Positions 28,916-38,473 are shown, counted from the stretch's first letter. The stretch: DNA of 64,000 bases from an uncultured archaeon (GCA_964549685.1 CAZJVE010000002.1:64001-128000), one strand, 5' to 3'. Notes: a model not told the origin generated them from the sequence alone. Translations and numbers: made by a program.

Positions 28916-31570
28916 TTATTGGTTCGCCCAGTTATCGATGGCATCGATTACGTCAGCCAATTCGGCCTCCTCGTTCTGCCAGAGGTTTATGATATCTATG
29001 ACCTCTGCCAGGCTCACCTCCCCATCGCAGTCAGAATCGCCCGTTAGACACACTATCGTCGTGCTCGTGGACGTGGTGCTGGTCGAGGTGGTCGTGGTTA
29101 GCACTGTCATGCTCAGGTCCCATTCTACTGGTATGAAGTTCTGCTTCGTTACTGTGAGGTTCATGGAGTCGTTGCCGGCGACGGTTACCTGAAGCGCCGC
29201 ATCGCCCGAGGAATTGGTGTAGGCATTGGCGTATGAGCCCGAGTTCTGCAGGCAGACCCTCGCATCCTCGACAGGGCCGGCTGAACCGTTAACGGAAACC
29301 ACTATTGAATTCTCCCCCAGATAAATCTCGCTGGGGAATTCCACGGTGAAATTCTCCGGGACCGAGGTCCATATCGGAACCTCAGGGTCTCCCAGGAGGT
29401 TGTAGTCCGCAAAGTTCTTCTTCGAGGCATCTCCGCCGCCCCATCCCTCATCCGTTGGCCACTGGTTGACGTAATACCATCTCTTCATGTCCGCCAGCGT
29501 CTTCCCCGGCTGATGGCTTCCGTTGATGAACTGCTCGAAGAACCTGTAAACCAGCTCCTGGTTGAAGCCGTCGCCAAGGACCCATCCCTGCGTGTAGTAG
29601 CTGGTCCTTGTGGCCCCCACATAGCCGATGGCCCAGTTCTTCAGCACCTCGTTGCCGAGAGAGCCTGTCTGGTCGAATGCCCCGGTTAAACAGGAATCTG
29701 CATAGACAAGCGGCAGCATCCCGCCGTTTGCAGGGTCCGTCCCGGTATCTACAAAGGCGTCGCATGTCTGGCACGGTACCGACACGGTATATAGCCCGTG
29801 GCCTGACCAGGTTACAAGGGAATTCCCATAGCCTGCATAGGTCTCAAAATTGGAATATGTGAGTGCAGCATCCCTGTCGTACGTGCTGGAATGATACAGT
29901 CTGTAATTCGAGAAATTCCCCGGTTCCAGTAAATCAGCCCTGACCAGCTCCATCAGATAGGCATCGTCAGTGGTGTCGTCGGATACCCCTCCCGCAAGAA
30001 CCGCCCTCGAGAACCACTCGCTGCTGTTCGTGGGCGGTGATTTCTCATAGCTGATTATGGCACTGACAAGGCTCTCAATCTCCGTTGCTGTTGATACCGG
30101 CAGCCTCCCGACGTAGACGTCGGGAATCCAGTCCGTTACCTCGTCCCCGACCCCGGTGTGTTCATTCTCTCCATAGTTGGAGTCCCAGTCGCTATTCCAG
30201 TCCCCGCCAAGGCAGCTATAGTAGTAGTCGGTCGGCACACTATCCTCGTCGCCTTCATACCAGTCCCTGCTCACTCTCAACGAGGGGACCTGGCTGTCCG
30301 AGCCTGCAAGAAGAACCCATTCCGCCCCCTCGCTGTATCTGTCGATGATGAAATCCCTAATCATCTTCTGCGGTGGATTCTCATGGGAATTCAAATCCAT
30401 TGCACTGAAGCCGGAAACGGTCCAGTTGGTGGTTGAATTCCCCTCCGCCAGGAAGAGAACTTCCTGGTCCGTAACTACAGAAACATTGTCCAGCCACCAG
30501 CCGCCGAAGCTGACGTAGGTGTCGGTAACATAGTAGAACCTAAGGTAGATTTCCTCCCCGGCGTAGCTGTCCATGTTTATAGTATCCTGCACCCAGGAGC
30601 TGTTCCCGGTATAGGCATAGGCGCCCTCCGTCCCTACATAGGCCTCCGGCTCCCGGTAGTCGGTCATCTGCCCGCCCTGCAGTTGGGTCCAGTTTTCTCC
30701 ATTGCTTGAGACCTCGATGTAGCCAAAGTCCCAGCCCTTCTCGACCTTGAATTTTGTCATGAGCGTCAGCTTCGCAGTGGTTGCATTGCTCAGGTTCAGT
30801 GTTCTCTGCATATAGTTGCTCTGGTCGTTGCCTGTCCCAGAATGGAAAACATAGTTCTCGGTTCCGTTGTAGCTCTGATAAATCCACTGCACGGTATATA
30901 TCTCTGCTGGAACGCCCTTCTTCGTCTTCCATTCCTTCAATGGCTCCAGGGAAGAGTTCAAAGAGGAGTCGGTTATTATCAGATACTTCGTTGCGTTGGA
31001 GACAGTAAGTGTGCCCACCTTTCTCTTCTTCGGGAGTTCGTATTCAAGGCGTAGCGAGACCCTCCTATGGAAGAGCAGGCTGCCACCACTATATTGCAGC
31101 GGGAAGATTGAGACCGATACCAGCTTGTGGTCCTTAAAACCATCGATAATCCAGAAGGAATAGACGTCTTCTGGGAACAGAAGGGACTGACCACCTGCCG
31201 TTTTAAGCGCCGGGGGATTCCCCCCTGTAGTCATGATTACGGGCTGCTTCGACAGGACAAGGCCATCGACCTCGCCGAGGGATTCCGTTTCTGTGTCCTC
31301 CAGAATTACCTGAATATTCATAGCATCCCGGGGAATTTCCACGAACTCTCTCTTCATGGGTAGCCTTGGTTCATTGGGAATGGCTGTAAAATCAAGGCCC
31401 GGAATCTCATACTGGATTCCCTCATCGCTCTGGAATGCCGTCGGCTCCTGGAACTCAAAATCCAGATGCGTGCTCTCGGCCGAGACCGAGGCCGAAAGAA
31501 GGAAAAGCAACAGCAGCGCTCCAAACCTGTTCGACATAATCTCTATTTGCCTGCCAATATTTAAATACAC
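28916..31570 (-). CDS. Secreted C25 (gingipain-like) cysteine protease with propeptide, an inserted beta-sandwich domain and a dockerin-like tail
   Basis: YLIIT...WKTKKG, WVLLAG, PTDYYY, VYVGRLP, catalytic WSGHG and ADSCLTG, YNLLGDP. True start is probably a downstream Met (MSNRFG). Confidence 0.87.
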   Translation of the reverse strand: MYLNIGRQIEIMSNRFGALLLLFLLSASVSAESTHLDFEFQEPTAFQSDEGIQYEIPGLDFTAIPNEPRLPMKREFVEIPRDAMNIQVILEDTETESLGEVDGLVLSKQPVIMTTGGNPPALKTAGGQSLLFPEDVYSFWIIDGFKDHKLVSVSIFPLQYSGGSLLFHRRVSLRLEYELPKKRKVGTLTVSNATKYLIITDSSLNSSLEPLKEWKTKKGVPAEIYTVQWIYQSYNGTENYVFHSGTGNDQSNYMQRTLNLSNATTAKLTLMTKFKVEKGWDFGYIEVSSNGENWTQLQGGQMTDYREPEAYVGTEGAYAYTGNSSWVQDTINMDSYAGEEIYLRFYYVTDTYVSFGGWWLDNVSVVTDQEVLFLAEGNSTTNWTVSGFSAMDLNSHENPPQKMIRDFIIDRYSEGAEWVLLAGSDSQVPSLRVSRDWYEGDEDSVPTDYYYSCLGGDWNSDWDSNYGENEHTGVGDEVTDWIPDVYVGRLPVSTATEIESLVSAIISYEKSPPTNSSEWFSRAVLAGGVSDDTTDDAYLMELVRADLLEPGNFSNYRLYHSSTYDRDAALTYSNFETYAGYGNSLVTWSGHGLYTVSVPCQTCDAFVDTGTDPANGGMLPLVYADSCLTGAFDQTGSLGNEVLKNWAIGYVGATRTSYYTQGWVLGDGFNQELVYRFFEQFINGSHQPGKTLADMKRWYYVNQWPTDEGWGGGDASKKNFADYNLLGDPEVPIWTSVPENFTVEFPSEIYLGENSIVVSVNGSAGPVEDARVCLQNSGSYANAYTNSSGDAALQVTVAGNDSMNLTVTKQNFIPVEWDLSMTVLTTTTSTSTTSTSTTIVCLTGDSDCDGEVSLAEVIDIINLWQNEEAELADVIDAIDNWANQ

Positions 31571-31603
31571 AGAACTATCTTTTAATATAGCAAGATGCCT
31601 GCA

Positions 31604-31756
31604 ATGAAAAAGAGAGAGTACGGCGGCCCCGCGGGAGGGGCAGGACTAATCCGCTACTTCGACGTCGACGAAGGCGGCCCCAAGCTCGATCCGAAGTTCG
31701 TGCTCGGAATAGTCATAGCCGTAATCCTTCTTGAGATTCTTACGAACATGTTTTGA
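31604..31756 (+). CDS. secG: Preprotein translocase subunit Sec61beta
   Basis: Missed by the ORF track. MKKREYGGPAGGAGLIRYFDVDEGGPKLDPKFVLGIVIAVILLEILTNMF has the AGLIRYF..D...KLDP motif plus one TM. Alternative start 31595. Confidence 0.92.
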   Translation: MKKREYGGPAGGAGLIRYFDVDEGGPKLDPKFVLGIVIAVILLEILTNMF

Positions 31757-31757
31757 T

Positions 31758-31920
31758 TGAACCGCAAAATGTGGCTGAATGCTTCGCATTCAGACACGCG
31801 CCCGACAAAGTCGGCCGCGTCGGTTCACGCTTTGTGCGACATACGCTAATTGCGACGTCGCCTTCCTCCGTCGCAATTTTTCAAAATTCGCTTCGCGAAT
31901 TTTCAAATCGCTAGTCGCAT
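31758..31920. repeat. Two adjacent branched palindromic (REP-like) elements
   Basis: tgaaccg...cggttca encloses ctgaatgc-ttc-gcattcag and ccgac-aaa-gtcgg. tgcgac...gtcgca encloses aattgcgacg...cgtcgcaatt and aaaattcgc-ttc-gcgaatttt. Confidence 0.75.
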
Positions 31921-31957
31921 GTGAATTCTCTAGAAATTTACCGGGAAATTCAGTTAT

Positions 31958-32230
31958 GGCGAACAGGTCCGGGAGTGAATCTACCAGCTGAACACCGGCA
32001 ACCTGAGTACATCCTCGTTCCCGCTACCCCACCAGCACCCTCTAGAGAGGTTAGGGCTGCTCCCGTCAAGGTCTGACCCGGTTCCCCCGGAAGAAAGTCC
32101 GGTAAGACGAGAGGTCATAGTCAGAAACTCAGACCGAATGAACGGCTGATAGACTGCCTCCCGGACTTCAGCTTTCCCTAAAGGCGATTGGGAATTACAG
32201 AGGACGCCTACCCCTCCAGCCTAGTTCACC
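31958..32230 (-). ncRNA. ffs: Archaeal signal recognition particle (7S) RNA
   Basis: Minus strand 5' GGTGAAC pairs with 3' GTTCGCC; Alu-like GGCGTCCTCTGTAA; helix 8 GAACCGGGTCAGACCTTGACGGGAGCAGCCC; ~273 nt. Confidence 0.9.
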
Positions 32231-32321
32231 GTAAGATATGTGGATTATAGACCTAAAAATTCCCAGCTATTTAAATCAGAAAACTAATATCTATGTATTC
32301 GTTTAATCTCACTGAAACAAG

Positions 32322-33416
32322 ATGGATTCCATAGTAAATGCTGCTATACAGCACGGAAGTCTGGAAAAAAGGTCCTTTGATGAATTTGAAGACACTGACA
32401 AACTAAAGATAGTCGTTCTTGGTACAGGCGGAGGCGGAAACAACACAATAAATAGGCTGCAGCACATAGGCATAGAGGGCGCTGAGCTGATTGCCGCCAA
32501 CACAGACAAGCAGGATTTGCAGAAGTTGGAGGGAGATGTAACGAAGATTCTAATTGGAGCCAAATTGATGCGCGGCCTTGGCGCTGGCGGATTCCCGGAG
32601 ATGGGAGAGAAGGCTGCTGAAGCATCAAGGCACGAATTAGCCGACCTACTTGCTGATACACACCTTCTGTTCCTGACAGCGGGAATGGGCGGCGGCACCG
32701 GAACCGGCTCAGCCCCCGTAATCGCAGAAATCGCAAGGGACCAGGGCGCGATAGTAGTAGCTATAGTAACATTCCCATTCAACCTGGAGAGAACAAGGTT
32801 GAATGTCGCAAGGGCAGGAATCGACCGCCTGAGAAAGGTTGCCGATACAGTCATAGTCCTTGACAACAACAAGCTTGTGCAGTACGTACCTAACCTCCCG
32901 ATAGACAAGGCCTTCTCTGTTGCGGATGAGGTCGTTGCAAGGGCAGTCAAGGGAATTACCGAAACAATCATGGAGCCCAGCCTAATCAACCTCGACTTCG
33001 CAGACATAAAGTCCGTCCTCGGAGGGGGCCAAGTTGCGGTCATCTCCGTCGGAGATGGAGAGGGCCCGGACAAGGTCGAGCGGGCAGTTGAGAATACTCT
33101 GGCACAGCCGCTCCTTGAGGTAAGTTATGCGGATGCTAGCGGAGCATTAATCCATATAACTGGTGGAGAGGAGATGACACTCGGCGAGGCCAACGCAGTC
33201 GGCGAGCTCATAACCAAGGAGCTTAGAGCCGATGCATCAGTAACCTGGGGCGCCAGGGTCGAGCCAAGCCTGAAGGAGAAGATTCAGGTCATCGCAATCC
33301 TGACGGGAATAAAGTCTCCGAACATACTCTCAACCTGCGACGATGACAGCAGAACAGGCGCCTTCGTATATACTGAAGAATTCCACAGGTGGTCCAGAGG
33401 CCTTCCCGAAGTATAG
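32322..33416 (+). CDS. ftsZ: Cell division protein FtsZ (FtsZ2-like)
   Basis: GGGGNN, GMGGGTGTG and PSLINLDFAD T7 loop. Confidence 0.95.
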   Translation: MDSIVNAAIQHGSLEKRSFDEFEDTDKLKIVVLGTGGGGNNTINRLQHIGIEGAELIAANTDKQDLQKLEGDVTKILIGAKLMRGLGAGGFPEMGEKAAEASRHELADLLADTHLLFLTAGMGGGTGTGSAPVIAEIARDQGAIVVAIVTFPFNLERTRLNVARAGIDRLRKVADTVIVLDNNKLVQYVPNLPIDKAFSVADEVVARAVKGITETIMEPSLINLDFADIKSVLGGGQVAVISVGDGEGPDKVERAVENTLAQPLLEVSYADASGALIHITGGEEMTLGEANAVGELITKELRADASVTWGARVEPSLKEKIQVIAILTGIKSPNILSTCDDDSRTGAFVYTEEFHRWSRGLPEV

Positions 33417-34115
33417 CTACTTCTTTCTCTTCTCGGACGCTTTTCTGAATACTCCAGTCAGAGTAGTTGCCTCCAGCCCCGAGATGAATGCCCGGCCTAT
33501 CAGCTGCCTGAACGTCTTCTTTGCTACTCTCTTCCTAAAATCTTCCTTATAGACCGAGTCAACGAGGGCGCTGAACTTTTCCAGCATGATGTCCTTCTCA
33601 ATCTTCTTTGCCTTCCTGAACTTCCTGAGCCCTTTCCTGTTAGAAGCCTTTGAAATCTCGTAGAGGACTATCGCCACGGACTGCGACAGGTTCAGGGTCG
33701 GATACTCATCACTCGCCGGAATCGTAACCAGCATGTCGCACTCCTTTATCTCTTCGTTCAGCAGCCCCGTATCCTCTCTACCAAAGAGAATCCCCACCTT
33801 CCCGTCCAGGTCCAGGGAATTCCCCAGCTCCTCCGGAGCCACGGGAGACCTCATCGCATTACTATCTCCTGCTATAACCGCGCTAGTAGCAACAAGAAAG
33901 TCGAATTTCCCGGCCAGCTCATCGAAGCTCTTCAGCACCTCGGCGCCCTTCAAGATATCTATGCCGTGCATGGCCATCGCTCTTGCTTCTCCTTCAAGCT
34001 TCGGCGGCTTTACAAGGACAAGGCTGCTGAAACCGAAGTTCTTCATGGCCCTCGCTACCGAGCCGATGTTGCCCTGATACTTTGGCTGCACCAATACCAC
34101 AAAAAATTCGGCCAT
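33417..34115 (-). CDS. trmJ: tRNA (cytidine/uridine-2'-O)-methyltransferase TrmJ, SPOUT family
   Basis: PKYQGNIGSVARAMKNFG, LFGREDTGL and YPTLNLSQSV. Confidence 0.92.
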   Translation of the reverse strand: MAEFFVVLVQPKYQGNIGSVARAMKNFGFSSLVLVKPPKLEGEARAMAMHGIDILKGAEVLKSFDELAGKFDFLVATSAVIAGDSNAMRSPVAPEELGNSLDLDGKVGILFGREDTGLLNEEIKECDMLVTIPASDEYPTLNLSQSVAIVLYEISKASNRKGLRKFRKAKKIEKDIMLEKFSALVDSVYKEDFRKRVAKKTFRQLIGRAFISGLEATTLTGVFRKASEKRKK

Positions 34116-34153
34116 ACCGTTAGTTATAAGTCACTCAAGATTAATTATTTAAC

Positions 34154-35704
34154 ATGAGATTCATAGGGACCATTCATGGCAAGGTCGACCCCACCAACTT
34201 CGACATACTTCTTGCTGTAGCAGATGTCGAGAAGGGGAGCTTCGTGAAGATAAACCACGAGCTCTATGGTTGGGTCCTTGCCAGGATAGAGAACCTGAAC
34301 AGATACCTTGAAAAGAGCGAGGAGGTAATCCTGGCGAAGGCCAGGACAATAGGTTACAAGGAAGGCAACCACATACTCATACCAAAGACGCCCTTCAAGC
34401 CCCAGGAGAAGGTCTATTCTGCCGACAGGGAGTTGATAGCCGATATCATAGGCCTGAAGAAGACTAAGACGGACAACCTCTACCTTGGCCTCCTTGAGGG
34501 CCACGACATCCCGGTCTACCTCGACACGGACAAATGCATAAGCAAGCACATGTCCGTCCTTGCAAAGACGGGGGCAGGAAAGAGCTATACTGTGGGAGTC
34601 ATCCTCGAGGAACTGCTCAAGGGCAGGTTCCCCATAGTCATAATCGACCCGCACGGCGAGTATTCCAGCCTGAAGCACGAGAGCGAGGACTACGACTCCA
34701 TGCTCCCGTACGGCACCAAGCCCAGGGCCTATGACAACCAGATAAAGGAATATGCTGCCAATATCATCACAAACCCCGAGGCAAGGAAATTCACTATCCG
34801 GCCGAAGTTCACTCTTGAGGAGCTGGTCGAGATTCTGCCCATGAGGCTTACTGACAAGCAGAAGTCCATAGTCTATGACGTCCTGCGCAGAGTCGAGCAC
34901 CAGGAGTACACCATCCAGGACCTCATAAATGCGGTAAGGATGGAGGAGAGCAAGGCAAAGTGGAAAGTCATAAGCGGCCTTGAATCGCTGCGAAACTCCG
35001 GCATCTTCGACGGCAAGCCCCTTGCAGAGAAGGACCTGGTAAAGGGGGGCCAGGCCACCGTAATCAACCTGAAGGGAGCAGAACCAAGGATACAGGAGCT
35101 CATAGTCTCGAAGGTCTCCAAGGACCTGTTCAACGCGATAAAGGTTGGCGATATTCCTGCATTCTTCTACCTGGTCGAGGAGGCGCACAACTTCTGCCCT
35201 GAAAGGGGCTTCGGGGACACGCTCTCATCACAAATTCTCCGCGACATCGCATCCGAGGGAAGGAAGTTTGGATTGCATCTGTGTGTTGTTTCACAGAGGC
35301 CCGCCAGGATAGACAAGAACGTCCTCTCCCAGTGCAACACACAGGTCATTCTCAAGGTAACGAACCCCAACGACCTCAGGGCCCTTGGGCAGTCCATAGA
35401 GGGCTTCACCCCCGGGATGGAGAACGACATAAAGCAGCTCTCCGTGGGGCAGGCCCTTGTTGTTGGCGAATGCGTCGAGCAGCCGATTACAATCAACATA
35501 AGGGCAAGAGAAACCAGGCACGGCGGCTCCAGAGGCAAGGAGGCAAAGCCAAGGCCCGAGACAAAGCCCGGCATCGTGGAAAAGATAAAGCCCGTCTTCA
35601 TCAAGGAGGATGAGCAGCCAACACCCATCACAAAGGAGCAGCCCAAAAAGAAGAAGAAAACCAAGTGGGGCCTGGTCAAGAAAATATTTCTGAAGGATGA
35701 GTGA
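34154..35704 (+). CDS. HerA/FtsK-family ATPase (DUF87) with HAS barrel
   Basis: Walker A AKTGAGKS, IIDPHGEY, Walker B VEEAH, EGRKFG and SQRP. Confidence 0.9.
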   Translation: MRFIGTIHGKVDPTNFDILLAVADVEKGSFVKINHELYGWVLARIENLNRYLEKSEEVILAKARTIGYKEGNHILIPKTPFKPQEKVYSADRELIADIIGLKKTKTDNLYLGLLEGHDIPVYLDTDKCISKHMSVLAKTGAGKSYTVGVILEELLKGRFPIVIIDPHGEYSSLKHESEDYDSMLPYGTKPRAYDNQIKEYAANIITNPEARKFTIRPKFTLEELVEILPMRLTDKQKSIVYDVLRRVEHQEYTIQDLINAVRMEESKAKWKVISGLESLRNSGIFDGKPLAEKDLVKGGQATVINLKGAEPRIQELIVSKVSKDLFNAIKVGDIPAFFYLVEEAHNFCPERGFGDTLSSQILRDIASEGRKFGLHLCVVSQRPARIDKNVLSQCNTQVILKVTNPNDLRALGQSIEGFTPGMENDIKQLSVGQALVVGECVEQPITINIRARETRHGGSRGKEAKPRPETKPGIVEKIKPVFIKEDEQPTPITKEQPKKKKKTKWGLVKKIFLKDE

Positions 35705-35755
35705 GGGAGATACACAACAGCACAAGTGGCTAGGTTCGTTCTCTCTATCTTATTA

Positions 35756-36970
35756 TCATTCAATAACGCTTTTCAAATCATCCAGTAGATTGTCTGCTTT
35801 TGCGTCGTATGTATCGACGTAGTATATCTTTTGGTCGTCGGCATATAATATTTCACGTAGAGATATGTGGAATCCTGCCTTTTCGTCGTTTAGTTTTAGT
35901 ATGTGGTTGTTCCTTAACTCTATGTCCTCTAATTTATCCGACAGCATTACCCTGAGTGGTATTGAATGGCCTGTTTTTCTTAATAGAACCGAGGTAAGAA
36001 TGCTTGGTATGAGCTTCCTTTTTATTTTATTTTTGTATTCAACGTCTGTAAGCTTTTTTGCATATTTTTTCCAATCTTTCAGCTTTATAGTAATTGTGAA
36101 AAAAGAACCAAATCTCTGCCTGGAAATTGAGCTGATGTCTTCCTTTTTTATTTCAATAGGGGGATAGTTTTTGGTTGGATATATAAGCTCAATCTTTTTC
36201 CCATACACTCTAACCATTGGCTGATACACGAGAAAGGTGAAGTAATCGACCAGGGTAAGTAGAAAACCTATGAAAAAGAAAAAACCCCCAATTCTTCGAA
36301 ACCAGAGCATAATGTCATCGGTTGCAGGCAGGAAATTAAAAAAGATAATACCGACAACCAGAAGCAATACACTGTTTAGTATTATATGGGATTTGTTAGG
36401 TTTATAGTCTCTAAAAGCATCACCTCTAATCTTTTCTCTAATCTCCTTTTCCTTATATTTCCCTAGTTTCGTAGACCATTCTACCTCCCTTCTTAGTCGG
36501 GTTATGCCCAATACTATAAGCAAAAATGCGTAAGACGTTAGGATTAGTAGCAGGATTATAGTGTTTAAGCCATGTTCCCATGTCCACCAAAAATACAGGA
36601 GTGGAAGAAAAATCCAAAAACCAAAGAATATCATCAGGTAGGGGTACCAGCGTTTCTTTGTAGTGAGATATATTGCTGCTGTTAGCGGTATTAAAGTCAC
36701 AAGTATGCCAGGAATTCTAGGAGACAATAGCAATGCTATCAAACCAAGCACGATAGATATCACAAACAAGCAGTTACGCATTATGTTATAATACGTCTTG
36801 TATCTCAGTTTCCAGATAAAGATCAAAAAGAGAGAGATAGGAAATGCATCAAGAAGACTAAATAAGATGGGGAATACCTTATCCTCTGAAAGCAAAAAAT
36901 GATTAACACCTACAACCAACACAATGGCAAATACCAAGAACCAACCGAACCCCCCAGCGATATTTCTCAT
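35756..36970 (-). CDS. Hypothetical multi-pass membrane protein (AT-rich)
   Basis: 404-aa ORF with ~8 hydrophobic segments and a Lys-rich soluble C-terminus. Composition is visibly AT-rich relative to the flanks. Confidence 0.65.
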   Translation of the reverse strand: MRNIAGGFGWFLVFAIVLVVGVNHFLLSEDKVFPILFSLLDAFPISLFLIFIWKLRYKTYYNIMRNCLFVISIVLGLIALLLSPRIPGILVTLIPLTAAIYLTTKKRWYPYLMIFFGFWIFLPLLYFWWTWEHGLNTIILLLILTSYAFLLIVLGITRLRREVEWSTKLGKYKEKEIREKIRGDAFRDYKPNKSHIILNSVLLLVVGIIFFNFLPATDDIMLWFRRIGGFFFFIGFLLTLVDYFTFLVYQPMVRVYGKKIELIYPTKNYPPIEIKKEDISSISRQRFGSFFTITIKLKDWKKYAKKLTDVEYKNKIKRKLIPSILTSVLLRKTGHSIPLRVMLSDKLEDIELRNNHILKLNDEKAGFHISLREILYADDQKIYYVDTYDAKADNLLDDLKSVIE

Positions 36971-37036
36971 CTCATTAATCTATAGCCCCCCATACCTTTT
37001 ATCCTGTGTAGATTAATCATTACGTAGAGAGATGAG

Positions 37037-37513
37037 ATGAAAAAGAAACCAAAGGTATGGGCTAAGAAGATAAGATGGAATGGTATCGCAGTGAGTAAGA
37101 AAAGATTGGAGACAAAGGATAAACTCTTATTCTTCCTTCCCCTCTTGTTTGTGCTCATAATTCTCATAATCTGCACCATATTTCTGATTACGAGGGCTTT
37201 TTGGTGGGGGGTGATGATAGGCCTTATTATTGCTCTCATGTCCTTCACTTTCATAACTATCATAAAGCTACATTCTTATCGGCCCCCAAAAGGTTACGAC
37301 TACTACGTTTTATATGATTCCGAAGACACCTTAGACCATGAATTGGGGCATATAATCGGGGAGCATTGTGATAAATTAACCAACCTTCCCTCCCTGATTG
37401 ACAGACTTATCTATGAATTGTCAGATGACCCGTGGATCACGAAATTGCTAAAGAGACCGAGATGGAAGAGGAGGGCCGATAGGTCGCAGTTTGAAATCAC
37501 TTATGCTGATTAA
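37037..37513 (+). CDS. Hypothetical 2-TM protein with an HExxH motif
   Basis: Two TM segments followed by DTLDHELGHIIGEH. Confidence 0.5.
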   Translation: MKKKPKVWAKKIRWNGIAVSKKRLETKDKLLFFLPLLFVLIILIICTIFLITRAFWWGVMIGLIIALMSFTFITIIKLHSYRPPKGYDYYVLYDSEDTLDHELGHIIGEHCDKLTNLPSLIDRLIYELSDDPWITKLLKRPRWKRRADRSQFEITYAD

Positions 37514-37520
37514 TAACTTG

Positions 37521-38393
37521 CTACGCCATCTCTTCAGCAATAGCATAGACCTTCTCCAGGTCGAAGATTGTCTTGTTGTCCTCGAAGAGCTTTTCTACGA
37601 GCTTGTGATGCACCTTCATCTTCAGCCCGCCGATTGCCAGCGCGCCGATTGCTGCCTTTCCTTCGAGGTCCTTGCAGTCGTCCTGAATGCCCACGCCCTC
37701 AATCCCTGCAGGGGGGACTGCATTCACGTCCGCAAGGACCTTCAGCTCGGGAAATTTCGACCATATTGATTTAGAAAGGACTAGAATCCCCTCGGGGCCT
37801 GTGGAAATTACAATATCTTTATCAGAAACCGCCTTCTCGGTGGATTCGTCGTCGGCAACCTGCATCGGCTTTACATCCGCCCCGTACTTCTCCTTCATCA
37901 AGGCGCAGATTTGCGTGGCCCTCCCCTCCTTCCTGGATGTCAGCGTAACCTCGCAGCCCTCCTTTGTAAGGAGGACGGCCACCCTCTGTCCGACAGGGCC
38001 TGTTCCGGCGAGAATCACCGCCTTCTTTCCCTTCAAATTGCCGTCCATGGCGTGCTTGACCTTTACCGCGCAGCCGCATGCCGTGGTATATGCGCCGTCG
38101 GGGTCGACTGCAATGGAAACTCTGAAGAAGTCGGGCAGCTCCTTGAATGCTTCCAGTGCCTTTTCGAGCATCTGCTCTCCGAGATTGACGTCATGGCCTC
38201 CAATGAACAGGGCGGTATTCTTCAGCTCGTCCGGGTGCCTGGTGAATACGCAGCTGTGCACCATGTCCCTTACATCGTCTGGGGCAATGTTGCAATAGGG
38301 GACGATGACGTCTGCTCCCGCATCATGGCCAACAATGAGGTCGAAGAGGCTGGCATACTTCTCCGGGCTCAGGTAGGCGAGAATCTTTTTCAT
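37521..38393 (-). CDS. NAD(P)-dependent methylene-H4MPT/H4F dehydrogenase (MtdA/MtdB family)
   Basis: SLFD...DAGAD, TALFIGG, DPDGAYTTA, AGTGPVG, ADVNAVPPAGIEG and IGALAIG. Start reassigned to ATG 38393. Confidence 0.9.
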   Translation of the reverse strand: MKKILAYLSPEKYASLFDLIVGHDAGADVIVPYCNIAPDDVRDMVHSCVFTRHPDELKNTALFIGGHDVNLGEQMLEKALEAFKELPDFFRVSIAVDPDGAYTTACGCAVKVKHAMDGNLKGKKAVILAGTGPVGQRVAVLLTKEGCEVTLTSRKEGRATQICALMKEKYGADVKPMQVADDESTEKAVSDKDIVISTGPEGILVLSKSIWSKFPELKVLADVNAVPPAGIEGVGIQDDCKDLEGKAAIGALAIGGLKMKVHHKLVEKLFEDNKTIFDLEKVYAIAEEMA

Positions 38394-38473
38394 TGAATTA
38401 ATACATGAGTTTGCAGGGTAAAAAATCATGCTGCAGGATTAGTTTTTAATCTGCTCTCCAATAGATTTATACC

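Noticed and set aside
31779-31991. 70-aa plus-strand ORF
   Set aside because: It runs through the palindromes and the SRP RNA 3' end; likely spurious.
34154-35704. HerA as part of an anti-phage system (Sir2-HerA or NurA-HerA)
   Set aside because: No nuclease or sirtuin partner is adjacent, and its composition matches the host backbone.
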